Program-made: the position numbers and the translations under genes
Part shown: positions 11,520-22,543 of the stretch, piece after piece
How the letters are laid out: each line of letters begins with the position of its first letter
Numbering within the stretch: position 1 is the first letter of the stretch
NCBI GenBank assembly: GCA_036172245.1
Contig: JAYWIR010000018.1
Coordinates: 2,294,001 to 2,358,000 of the forward strand
From: Raillietiella orientalis
Taxonomy: Eukaryota
Direction: 5' to 3'
Length of the DNA: 64,000 bases
The notes under the pieces: generated by a model
What the model saw: the letters and a program-made list of their open reading frames with translations, nothing else
Told to the model about the DNA's origin: nothing
The model's database searches: none

Positions 11520-13100
11520 ACATGGTAACGTAACCACTGCGCCAATTCCACTGATTCGTGCTGCTGCTGTTGAGATTCTTTTTGCTTTCAACAAGGATGC
11601 CTTTGAGATAGGTTTCAGAGACTGCAAGATCTTCCTCGGTTCCCGAAGAATCCTCGTTATATGCGTGCAGTTGGACCGAATCTAGATATCCTTTCCCCAC
11701 AGTGATCAATAGAAATGAGCTGTTCCTTAGAAAGATGCTTCCGACTTTCCCTCTCCAGTCCTTCAGATAACTCCAGAAGATTCAGAAACTGATTTGAATG
11801 GTATCTCAGGAAAATGGCAAATCCAGAAGATCCACCAATAGTATCCAGAAAACGGCAAGACACAAACACTAACAAAGGCAGTGTTCTGGCTCCAGCTTCA
11901 TTTCACTGTTTATATTATTGATGAGCTCTTCATTATTGACAAGAGGGCAATTTCTTCCAGAGTTTATCACTGGGGACATTCGAGTATTAATGCTCGTACC
12001 TTAGTCCCAATTTCTTCCCAGATTGTTCAGGGGTAGGTGCTCCAGAAAGCAAAGATAAGGTTCTATTGTATTTCTTGACTTTTGATGATGTTTGGAGGAG
12101 GAGAAATGAGAGCCTTTGGAAGATTAATTCCTGATGCCCGCAAACTGAATACGAAACGATGCTGTTTCGTAGCAGTGTTTCCGGAGATGAATCGATTCCG
12201 TAGCTGCCGTTCTCAAAGTCGTTAAAGACATGATATCTGAAGCTAATGAGATGTGCTCACCTGCTATAAAAATTTTGAAGCACGCAGAAGATCATTTATA
12301 AAATTTCGCTGACAAAAATCGCTGGATAGAAGCTGATAGCAGCACAGAAATGAGGGTGCACAGAATGCAAAGAGCCATGATATGAGGAAGATTAGTCTCC
12401 CAGAAGGAAAAGAAACGGAGAAATGGCTTGAGGAAAAGGAAATGTGCTCCATCAACATGGGAATAGAACCGATGCTCTTACAGCCTCCAATTTCTCAGAA
12501 AGAGGAAGAATTTTCTAGAATTTAATACCTTCTTCTCAATCCCAATGGTCATCCGAATAAGAAGAATTTCATGGTCTGAGGAACCGCCAGAGGCTTGCGG
12601 ATTCAGGGCGTAATGTGGAAACAATTTGTCACGGCTGCATAACCTGAGGAAATTGACACATCGCGCACAACATGGGCGCTACAGTAGAGATAGCTAAGCG
12701 TATCATTCTAGTTTCCCAGAATAGCCGGAAGTCTTCTTGCACACCTTTTGCTTGAAGAGTGGCTTCACTAAAGAGACAACACCTCTAGAAATTTTCACCT
12801 CTAGTAGAAGTTCCATCCACATGGACAGCTGAACAATCGAGCAACTGATCACATTCTCAGGCCTTCATCTTCGTGCTTTGGAAGACCTACGACCACAACT
12901 CAACCTATAAGAAAGACCTGATGAAACGAAACCTGATGTAGGTTCCCATTTGTCATCAGAACACAGAAGTGAGGACGATGGTCGCTCGGTCCATTGTACT
13001 GTATAAAGCCGGAAGCGAAGAACGTGCGAAATCCGAGCTTTTATGGGAATCTCTACCGAATGGAAGATTCAGCCGGCAACTGGTTCTTTTCAATATTGTA
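11520..13100 (-). mobile_element. Highly decayed CR1/Jockey-type endonuclease and linker remnant
   Basis: The minus strand has EDFRLFW (GDFN-like, ~12730), SDHEIL (~12575), a FWxY-like remnant (~11845) and VSETYLKGILVESKKNLNSSS (resembles the helix preceding the RT, ~11600). Confidence 0.4.
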
Positions 13101-13719
13101 TTTCTGTCTCAAGCACGGAATGCAACTTTCGAGTCACTCTGTCCAGCTAGGCAGCGAAGTTCGGCCGAAGAGGAAACCGGTAACTTCGGGGTTTACTAGA
13201 GAGTCGAACTCTGGAGGAAGAGAATCGACCTTACTTGGCAAAGAATGGCTGCGAAGAAATCTTCTTCATTCCTATTGGTTCCCACTTTTCGTACTCGTAG
13301 GAACGGTGTCTTCGAGCTCGAGCTTCCGTTTGATTCATGCAGACTCTAATTAGCGAAAAATCTGTTGCAGAGGTGCAGAGATAGCTTCATGTGTCAATAA
13401 GGTAGTAGCACTTGCGTTATCCAAACAGAAAAACAAAAATCCTCAAAGTCTCCTCGTGAAAGATTCACCTAACCCCTAGCAGAATGATTTACTCATTTCC
13501 TGACTGATTTCATCCGAGGTTCACTCGACGCGGGTTTCATCATAGATGCACCTGGTGCATTCCTTTCTTCTTCCCAAAATTCATTCTTGCCATCTTCAAA
13601 GTGAGAGGAAAAAAAAAAAGGGGGGGGTTTGGGGAAGAAGGGTAAGTAACTGGAGTGTGCTCTGTGATAACTGAGACAAGAAGGAAATGGACTGTAAGAT
13701 GCAGAACAGAAGCTTTGGA

Positions 13720-16200
13720 TCTACTCGATTATGCTGATGATTTCGTTAGTAGCTGTTACACGCCGGAAGCTGGGTGGCAGAAGTTCTCGTGTGCATATTC
13801 TGCCTGTCGGTAAAACCCTATTCAGGGAGAGATCTTCGTTTGTTGCGTTTGGAAGGGATTCACCTTTTCCAAGTCTCAGCAGCACGTCCGCTCCTGAAAC
13901 TATGGCTACCGCTGTCAACCGTGCAGCAGAGGGAAAGCGGTCAGTTTTCTGCGAATGCTTACAAACAGACTGGCGAGCACGAGGACAGAGACCCGTGACT
14001 TCCGGAGATGTCAAAAAGAAAACGAAGATGCTGTCAGAAAAAAAGACGCCCTTGCCTAGCACTACAACGAAGACGCTTGTGAAACTGTGCAGCGGACGTC
14101 AGCAAATTACGGAACTCAGGAACGAGGAGGCAGGCAAGGACTCCGGGAAGGCACTAGGAGGCGGGTGCATTGAAGGAAGGGTCCTGCCCTGATTCCGAGT
14201 TCTTCCCTACGCCTATGCTTGTGAAACTACCCAATAAGCGCATCTGGGAAGGGCAGAAGTTTTGTTTTCGATTCAGCGATTGTTAAGGGATGGTGAGGAT
14301 GGCCTCCAAGGGATCTTCAAGAGATTCAACAGTTCTGAGAACGGCTCGTCGAGTGATCTTTTGAACTTCCTCACCAATCCATCTGTAGGCCAACCATGAA
14401 CGGTGTAGCAGGTAGCACGGTTTCTTTAAGCGTATTTGGTCGTCTTCGTCTTCATGGACACCTGCAACAGATTAATGGCAGATACAGGTCATACTCCCCT
14501 GCACCTGTATAACTCCAGACGGAGAGATCGAATGAGAACGGCTGTTTCACGTGATTCGAGGTTCCCGGAAAATTCCAAATCATCAGTTAATCATCCTAAG
14601 ACCCCAGGGTCGGATTCCCGAGATGGATTGCGGAGTGCAGCTTCCTGCGTTTCGATGAAAAGAGATGGAAAGAGAGGAAGGGATTACGAGTGGTCCCTCC
14701 CCACTCCTCTTCCGTCTCTTCATTCCTCCGTGAGCTCGGCATTGAAAACCCGAAGTATCCAAGAATCTCCTCGTTCTCTCTCCCGTTCCAGCTCTTGCAG
14801 AATGTGAAGATCAGCAAGCTGCAGAGCAGTCATGTGCACCTCTTCCTCTACCGCCGAGAAAATCCTAATCCCAACATCCTAAGATGGAAAGAACTCCTTA
14901 GAATGCTGAGAATCGAGTACCGCTTAAAACTGCCTGTATTTCTGGTGGGCCTTGCATAGGGACTGTGCTGTCACGGAATCCGTGGGTGGGTTAATGAAGT
15001 CAGGGAACTCTTTTCCTGATACAATTATCCCGAGGATATGGAAGGTCGGAATGAAGATCCCGTATGGGGAGAGGCAGAAAAAACGGTCACACCTTCTCCT
15101 CCATTTATCCGGAGGGTTGCAACCTTGGTTGTCTGGAAGACGGAGATGCCATAAGATGGCAATGATAGCTGTAGAGAATCTAAGGTTCGGAGAGGAACCG
15201 GCGTTGCGAGTTTTTCTCACGCTCGTTAAGAGGAGTAGGAAGGTGCCGATCACCTCGGAGCCACTGGCCCCGGACGGTCCAAAAGGTGGGTCTTAGGTCC
15301 GGATGAAGATATCCTATCGACAGCTTCCAAACGCATCGCAAGATCGAGATTCTGGAACCAGTCTCCAATCCATGTACCCAAAGAATTAGAGTTGCGAGAA
15401 GAGACAAGGAAAAAAGAAAATGGATGCATGCAATCTCTCTCGGGTGAAGGGATGAAGTGATGTCTTCCAGGTCTCAGGGAGAGTTCGAAGAGGACCCAGC
15501 TCGAAAGCGCTCTTGAGCGCCATTGCCTGGATCGCACCGGATGCGGGAGCGTGACGTCGGGATCCGTGAGGAGAGAAGGTTTGAAAATGGATGCAGCATC
15601 AAAAGCTATTCCTCGGTATCCAAACATTCCTCGGTCAAAGAGCAGCTCGAAAGCTCAGGTCCTCGGAAAAGAGCCATGAACTCCTATACATCGAAGTCGT
15701 CCGTCTCTGATCTGCCTTTAGGAGATGAGACACTGTCTGTTCGGGAAGCGCGTCTCATAGAGGCGCCTTTCTGATCGAGGGTGGCGTTTTACACCCCACA
15801 AAGGGGAGGTGGCTTTGTTTCCTTCAGCGGACGGTTGCATCCCTATACGAGCAAGTTGCACGCGTTCTCCGAGAACAGGGAGAGGGGCTCCAGAAATGCA
15901 GGCAGATGACGTTATGGCCACTGTACGGGTAACACGAGTTCCGTCCCTCTCGAGGGGTGGTTCTCGTTTGCTTCAGCGAACGGCGGTCATTGAGATTGCC
16001 AAGAAGTCATCGTGCAGCGGGAGCTCTCTCTGTGAGGGCGATCGTTGAGAGAGGTTCCAGAAAGGTCAGACTGTCTCGTCCCGGAGCTCACCAATCAGCC
16101 CATAGGACTGTGATCCCAACGACAGGGAAGAACACAAACGAAAACAGCAGAAGAGGTGACGCTGCGACTCTCCGGAGCACGTACGGAGACGCGAGCAGGA
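13720..16200 (-). mobile_element. Decayed L1-clade LINE ORF2 (endonuclease through RT)
   Basis: Minus strand, in order: WVHGLETGSRI (TW...SRID-like, ~15360), *PVSAIN (RPISLLN-like, ~14480), GIRAGP (GIRQGxP-like, ~14190), VFFSDSIFVFFLTSP (LFADDxxxxxxxP-like, ~14035). Confidence 0.6.
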
Positions 16201-16563
16201 ACCCGAGGGAGAGAGGGGGATGGGATGACGGGGTCCGATGAAACTGACTTACAGGCGGATGGTCTCAACCCGGAGTTCCTCTGTCTTTCCGCGTTCTCTG
16301 AGACTTCTCTCGGTCAGGTGGACTGATCGCCTTCTCTCATGTCCTTCGAAGTCTCTGAGGGACCCAAGTCCCGCGTGAGAAACGGCCGTCTATGGGGTAA
16401 CCGCAGAGATGGTCCCCACAGCCACTGCTTGAGGGACTTTCTCTCCTTCGAAGCGGCAGTCTCGGAAACTGGGAACAAGAAGGTTCCTCTTTGGAGGAGG
16501 GGGAGGGGGGCGACGTAGGCGCGACTCACTCTCCTGACCTGATGTTTGTGGATGATCCCATAG

Positions 16564-16792
16564 GTTATCGAACTGAGGAAGAACCCTACAGGGGTGCAAG
16601 CGAAGAAGATTCGGGCCACAATCAAGCCATCTAAACAGGAAGAAGCTCCTGACGAGAGAGAAAGCGTGGTCCTGCGCTGTCAGTCCATACAGAAGGAGGT
16701 CCTTTCTCTGAGAAAGGTCCTCTCTGCTAAGACGAATCAGATGCGGCTTCTGACCGCCGAGCTGGAGAGGCTCTCCCTGGAAGAGACCGTAG
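16564..16792 (+). CDS. GABA-B-R2: GABA-B receptor subunit 2, exon for the proximal C-tail and coiled coil (3' boundary 16792 or 16855)
   Basis: Acceptor cccatAG ending at 16563, in frame with the previous exon. Translates VIELRKNPTGVQAKKIRATIKP (Drosophila, recalled: LVELKRNPQG..KRVRATLRP) followed by heptad-like VLRCQSIQKEVLSLRKVLSAKTNQMRLLTAELERL. Two phase-1 donors fit the next exon: AG|GCAAGT (16793) and AG|GTGATG (16856). Confidence 0.88.
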
Positions 16793-16934
16793 GCAAGTTG
16801 CCGGATGGTCTCCTGGAGGCAGGAAGCGCCTACGCCTGCAGCAGAAGGAGAATAGGTGATGAGAGACTCTAGCGTCCTCTGTATCTATCCTACCTCCCCG
16901 AGCTCCAATTCATTCTTCTTCTGTTCTCCTTTAG

Positions 16935-17380
16935 CCCTCGACGAAGCCGAAGGGAACGGCAGCATCGATAGCCTCGAGACTGCGGACGAGGCAGTAGCCC
17001 TGGCTACGGAGAGGGAGGTAGACGCCCTTCCCACGGATCCCCTTGTTGGAATCCTGAAGAGCTGGGACTCTCCGACCATCTCTCATCCGAGGCACTGCGC
17101 CGAGGACACCCGGCACTCGTCGTCCTTTCCGTCTTCGTGGTCTTCGGAGGGGAGCGACGATGAGGGCGGCGCCCGAAGTACCGCCCCCACGACGGCAAGG
17201 GAGGAGCTCCTGGAGGGGGGGGGAGAAGCCGGTGGAAGAGACGAGGAGGAGTGGGAGGAAGAACACGAGAAGCCCTTGTTCTCGAGGAGGATAAGCGAGA
17301 GCCGCACCCTGGTCCAGGAACAGGAAGCTGCGAAAAACGAAGGTGAGCAGCAGAGTGCAGGGTCTGTGGATAGCTCTTGA
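16935..17380 (+). CDS. GABA-B-R2: Probable terminal coding exon of GABA-B receptor subunit 2 (acidic, low-complexity C-tail)
   Basis: Strong polypyrimidine acceptor ttcttcttctgttctcctttAG ending at 16934; phase 1 matches both upstream donors. The frame stays open for about 148 codons (LDEAEGNGSIDSLET...SAGSVDSS) to TGA at 17378-17380. I recognise no homology in the tail itself. Confidence 0.72.
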
Positions 17381-17919
17381 ATCTCCGAGATTCCTACTCG
17401 GGATCGAAAGAAGGAGCATCTCGAGAAGAATGAGAAACTTTCGGAGTTCTCTCACTTCCGCGAATAGGACATAGGGAAGTCGGGAGGAGAGGAATGGACG
17501 TTCCCCATCCGTCGTCATGGGGACGCGAAAGCTCACCGTGACTTGTCCTTTCCTGGAAACCCCAAGGAGAGAAACACGCACGACTCGTACCTTAACAGGA
17601 ATAGGCGACAGAAATATCCCTGACACCTTCCGAAGTCATTCAGAAGCGAAAGGATCTTTGCCTCACTCCAGCTTCCATCTTCTTCTTTAGAGGATGCAAA
17701 GGAGGAGGAAAGGGGCCAGCGAGACTCAGGAGACTCTCGCAAGAGGAATGCTGAACCAAAGAATTCTTTGAGGGTGAGGAGTAGCTCGTGGTAGCCGCGA
17801 CATCTTTCCCTTTTCCCTCTCTCTTGGAGCGGACAGGAGCGAGTCCTCAATAGGAAGAATGAAAGGGAGGTCCAAGGACAACACAAATAACGTACTGAAA
17901 AGCTTGAGGAAGAGGAGGT

Positions 17920-19150
17920 CATTCCCTAAAGTATGAGTGGAAAAAGGAAAAAGAGAAGCTTCCTGCTTCCGTCCTGGGACACAGCAACGAAAGCACATGT
18001 GGCAGACTACCCAGGATGCTAGGTCGACCATCGGAGACAATGGTCTTCGATGGTTCTCCCCATTTTGGAAGCCCGGCCTCTAAGAAGAGGTACCGGCTAA
18101 ACGCCCATAGTCTTCGTCGCTGGTCAAGGGGACAGAACGTCCCCGCACCTTTCGAGAATGCGCTCCTTGTGGAGTTGTGGAGTAAGGGAGGAGGGAAAGG
18201 AAGGAGGGAAGAGTCATACAGATTTCGAAGGAAGCGCGCGGAAAGCGCGAGAAGGTGTCCCTGCGGTTGGCAAGGAAACGGAGGGAAGACAAACACCCGA
18301 AGACGCTCCGCGAAGAGGGTTCCTACCTCCGAAGGATCGAAGATGACTCCGAGAGCAGGATACATGGCTTCCTTGATGCCGCGGCTTCTCGGAGTTTTCG
18401 AAACCCTGAGATGGAACTGAGAGGACAGCTCCTGGAGCATCCGGCAGAAGCGGAAAGAGGCGGGAGGTGCAGCGACCACAATGCGGAAGAAAGAGCCATC
18501 AGAGTCCATTATCACTGCTAAACCGTGATCCATAAGACTACTGAAGGCCCTACTGTACCGCATGTATGCGTAAGGGGACCTTCCTCTCCAGAGATTTGCT
18601 CTTCCTCACCTTCCTACGCAACACGAGCGAGCGAGCTTTCATGACCCGAGAGCCCAACCCAGAACCTCTTCCCTGTTCACGTGGCGCGGGAGCAGGAACG
18701 CTGCCGGTGGAAATGGTAGCTGAAGATCCTCCTAGGGAGGCTTGCGGGGAAGAGTTCCAGACGAGTCTCCGGGACAAATAAGGATGGCGATGACGAAAAA
18801 GCGCGAAATCGAGCTGCTCCAGAGAGACGCAGAAGAGACGTCTTCGAGAGACAGAACAGTGGGGTTCGTACCCTGCAGAGAGGACACGAGACAAGGACCT
18901 AGGAACCGAGGGAGAGAAAAGGGGGAAAGAAGAAACCAATCTGGCGCGGATCTTCAGCGGGCAATGAGTCGTTGTTGCTCGGTGCTGTTGCCTACCGGTG
19001 GGTGGGGAGGAGGAATTTTCTCCTTCCACGACGCGTTTGCAAAGATACCGGGCCACTCTATCCTTTCATGTCTGAAGAGAGATCAAAGCAGTGAGCATGT
19101 AGAAGTTGCGAGGAGACAGTTCCAAGTAGTCAAACAGGGGCAGGCGGGAG
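17920..19150 (-). mobile_element. Decayed L1-like AP endonuclease region
   Basis: The minus strand has LTTWNC (N-terminal xxWN motif, ~19125), VIMDSD (GDFN-like, ~18505) and AASRK (SRID-like, ~18375). Partial ORF 17919-18563. Confidence 0.4.
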
Positions 19151-19458
19151 TCCCCGTGGCAGGGGGAGTAACTAAGAGGGAGTCTTTTTGCCTTCCGAAC
19201 GAAAATAAGGGCAGGGGACATCGCGAAACAGATTGAACCTCAGTTGATCGTCTGAGAGTATTCATCTCGAAGGCGGGTGCTGAAGGCAGAGGTCAGAATA
19301 ACCTGTGAAAGCCGATGTCAGAATTAAAAAGTGAGGAGAAGGACAAAGAGAAGTTTCTCTGACATATGAATCCCTTCATTTCATCCAGTCTTTTATTCTT
19401 TGCCCCTTAGCGACGAATTTCAATAAACAATGAATTCCTCTTCTGAGATCACCCGGTT

Positions 19459-19491
19459 TTGTTGTTGTTGTTGCTGCTGCTGCTGCTGCTG
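19459..19491. repeat. Compound trinucleotide microsatellite (TTG)5(CTG)6
   Basis: Read directly from the sequence. Confidence 0.95.
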
Positions 19492-19519
19492 CATTTTAAA
19501 TGGAAATGGGTTCGAGAAC

Positions 19520-21600
19520 CTCCTGGGCTGAAGATACTCTGTATCCCGCATCATGGATCGATGGAGGAAGCAGAACATGGAGTCCAGACTGGAGCTGAGA
19601 TCAAGAGGAGCCTCTTCAACAACCATGTGCCTGCAATCAAAGAAGTCGGCATAACCAGAGCACAGGGGTTTGCCTACCTTTGGGCATGAGGGACGAATGT
19701 GGAGTTCCAGGAAAAAGAAGCACAGAACCATATCCACGGCAAGCTCGATTGTGGCCTGAGAGCAGGCACTTAGCAACCAAGAGTCTCCGCTCATCGACCT
19801 TACCTACAAGACTACCGAAGAATCCAGTTACGGTGTCCACACCTCACGCAACAGAGGGAGAGGGTTCTCGGTAGCAGCTGCTTGCGTATTGGCAATCCTC
19901 AGCGAAGCTGCGCCTGCTAGGGGTGCGACGTAGCTCGTCCGCGGTGGCACTGCACTGGTGAGCTGGATTCCAGCTTGCCGAATCGCATCTGCAGAGGTGC
20001 AGAACCATGTGTGCTAGCGTCCTTTGTGGTAGCTTCGCTCCAGGAGAGTGGAGCTTCCCTGTTAACATCCCTTACTTTTGATGTCGATCAACGGACCATC
20101 GAGAAGATGGACGTGAATATGCTCCACTCATTGAGTCGCAGACTGACTGAAATCCGATTCGTCCCGAGGATTCGTCTTCATGGTTCCCTTTTATCCTTTG
20201 GAACCCCCATCTGCTGTTGAACTCTTTTTAGGAGATGAAGGCGATCCTGGAAACGTCTCTAAAGTTACAGTAACTGCAAGGCAAAGAGTTCAAAAGAAAG
20301 AAATCCGATTTAGCAAGGTGCGATTCGCTTCCTGTTGAAAAAAAGAATTATGGGAAACTCTGTCCATGCAAAACGCCCTTGGACTTTTGATGAACCCTCC
20401 TTCTGAAGGAGTGGACTACAAGAGTATGATGAAATTAGCGCTCTTTAACACACTTGCTCGAGCTTTCTCTCTGCAGACGCTCCCGATGGCGGAGTGGAGG
20501 TAAGGGAGAAATCCTGCGGAAAAAAGTGAGGTTTCTTCCACTCCTTGGGCAACTTATTTAGGAATCCAGTGAGGAAGATGGCTGCTCTTTTTACTCGCGG
20601 TGTAATTCTGTGTGAATGTAGTGTTGAGTGGTCAACTTTCGGCAGGACTGGTAGAGATCCTTTCTGGTGTTTTCCGAGTTCGGAGAAGACCAGAAGCACA
20701 GAAAGCACTTTCCTAGAGACTGTCTTTTCTTCTCAGAAAACGAAGAAGGAAGCGATCTTTTCGCTGCACTCTGTGTGAGTTATACGAATGAAACGAGTCA
20801 AGAGACGGCAGTTTTGCACATTGATCTTCATGTTACCGCTATGCTTGGTCCTCAACATAACGATCACAAAAGAGTGTGCTCTTTTGTTGAGTTTGAAAAG
20901 CATTCCGCTGATGGGGGCGGAGCTTTGAGGCCTCCCCTTTGATGCCTCCAGAAGAAGGAAAATGCCCAACTGATGCCCAAATGATAAGCAAGATTCAGTC
21001 TCGATCATCTCTCATGGACTGATCTACAAAAATTCATGCGGGCAGCCAGTCTTTTCCTGTAGCCTCCACAGTTGTATAATGCTTTTATTCTGTTTTCCCA
21101 AGGCAGTTTCCGTGTTCTCATCAACCATCTTTAAGAAGTCTAATCTAGTCAGTGAACACCGGAAGTGACACGTCTTTTGTTTCCACGAGAAGCATCACAG
21201 TTGCCGAGTGTTTGGTCCTCATCCGTGCTACTTTATGCCACGCAGCCTGATAGCTCCGAAACACGGAATTGGGCAGCTGCGTGGCAGGATGACAGCATCC
21301 CTCCCTTGCAACCACGATGGCCGCTCTCCTCTCTGTGTAGATACTTTCGTGCATCGCTTGAGGAAAGGATGGAAAAAGCACCTCTGATCAGCATCTTGCT
21401 TCAACTCGCAGTCGGAAGCCGATCCTGGCATGGACCGATAACAACAAGGGTAACTAAGGAAAACCTCGTGCACAAACTTGAAGCAAGGAGAGAAAAAAAA
21501 CACTGGAAGCATCTCAGCGGCCACGCGTGTGTGCGCGCCCGAAAGGATGCGTGTCACGTGCTATGTAGCTGGAGGGAAGCACGTGAAGGTGAGAAGGATC
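19520..21600 (+). mobile_element. Highly decayed CR1/Jockey-type ORF2 remnant
   Basis: Ordered weak motifs: IKRSLFNNHVP, PKNP, AVLHIDL (LQxDL-like), LDHLSW, LYNAFI, SVWS, SLEER. Confidence 0.35.
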
Positions 21601-21775
21601 AAGGACTATGCAGATTAGTGGTAAATGTGAGCAGTGCCGCCCTCTTGCTCGAGAGCTCCTAATCCAGAATGCATCCAGGAAACAGCATCAGGAGAGCGCG
21701 TGCACAACGCATTGGTGTAGTGTTTTTTTTTTTTTTTTTTGTCACGCTCACTTCCATGCAGCCCTCACAAGTATG

Positions 21776-22496
21776 TTTTTTTTTGTGGTTCACCAATTAC
21801 TCAGGAACCCTTCTCCTGGAGGCTCACGAAGCTTTTTAACACTGACTACGCCGCTCGAGGGTGAATGTCATCCTTCAAGTTAGGAGGAATTCCGGGAGGG
21901 GATCACCCTATAAACTCAGGAAGGGCTCCGGAGGAAGGCAGAGAACCTCAAAAGGAACCCTTGACCTGGGAGGAAACCCTGGAGGTGGAACCCTTACTTA
22001 TTCTCTCCGAAGGGACCCCGGTAAGGGAACCGCTCCTTGTTTCCTGATCTGAAGAGAACCCTGAAGGGACGCTTCCAAGTTTTCTCTGAAGGGTCCATCG
22101 TGAAGGGAGCAGCGTATTTCTTCACGCTCTGAAGAGGTAGCAATCCACCAATTTCATGACACGAGATGGAGGGTCCCTCCTCGGGGGGAAGGGGGAGGCT
22201 CCCACGGTTTTATTTCTACAACCAGAGGGCAACCTCGAAGGGAACGGACTCCTTGATTCTTGGAAAGATCCCGGAGGGTTAACTTCTAAATCCTGGCCAC
22301 TCAACGGGGGCATCCGGCTACCATCAGCGCCGCATCCGAATGTAGGCCAACCAGCGTCATCTTGCAGGAAGGAGAGGGCACTCGAAACCCACGACCCCCC
22401 CCCCCCCCATTCTTGGCGTTGATCCTCCACGCGGGGATTCGAACCCGCTACGCTTGGCGCCACGCGCGAAGAACGTAGCCACTCGACCTCTCTTAT
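21776..22496 (-). mobile_element. tRNA-headed SINE-like element, copy 2 (apparently full length, ~720 bp)
   Basis: The minus strand has A-box AGGTCGAGTGG (22489-22479), a perfect B-box GGTTCGAATCC (22445-22435), a hairpin-rich body shared with copies 1 and 3, and a 3' end TGGTGAACCAC-A9 (T run 21776-21784) matching the end of copy 3. Confidence 0.82.
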
Positions 22497-22543
22497 TTTG
22501 AAGCATGGGGACAATGCCGTTCTTGTCCCCATGCTGCAAAATA
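22494..22543. repeat. Near-perfect inverted repeat: 21 bp stem, 8 nt loop
   Basis: TATTTTGAAGCATGGGGACAA-tgccgttc-TTGTCCCCATGCTGCAAAATA, 20 of 21 positions complementary. Confidence 0.95.

Noticed and set aside
12911..12960. CTGATGA-aac-GAAA hammerhead ribozyme-like core
   Set aside because: Helix II is absent and helix I cannot form; only a 3-4 bp helix III is present.
9630..13100. Idea that one CR1-like LINE is interrupted by the receptor exon 11232-11456
   Set aside because: The pre-RT segment appears on both sides of the exon (~11550 and ~10850) and the SDH-to-YRPISL spacing is too long, so two separate antisense insertions fit better.
14792..14959. Possible extra receptor exon after ttccAG (LLQNVKISK...)
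   Set aside because: No similarity to R2; the exons at 11456 and 16564 join directly (VPK-VIEL), and this stretch is antisense to a LINE ORF2.
19420..19794. Minus-strand ORF with an 11-Gln run
   Set aside because: The polyQ is a microsatellite and the rest has no coding signature.
22425..22496. Functional tRNA gene
   Set aside because: A and B boxes are present, but the acceptor stem does not pair and it continues into a dispersed repeat body, so it is a SINE head.
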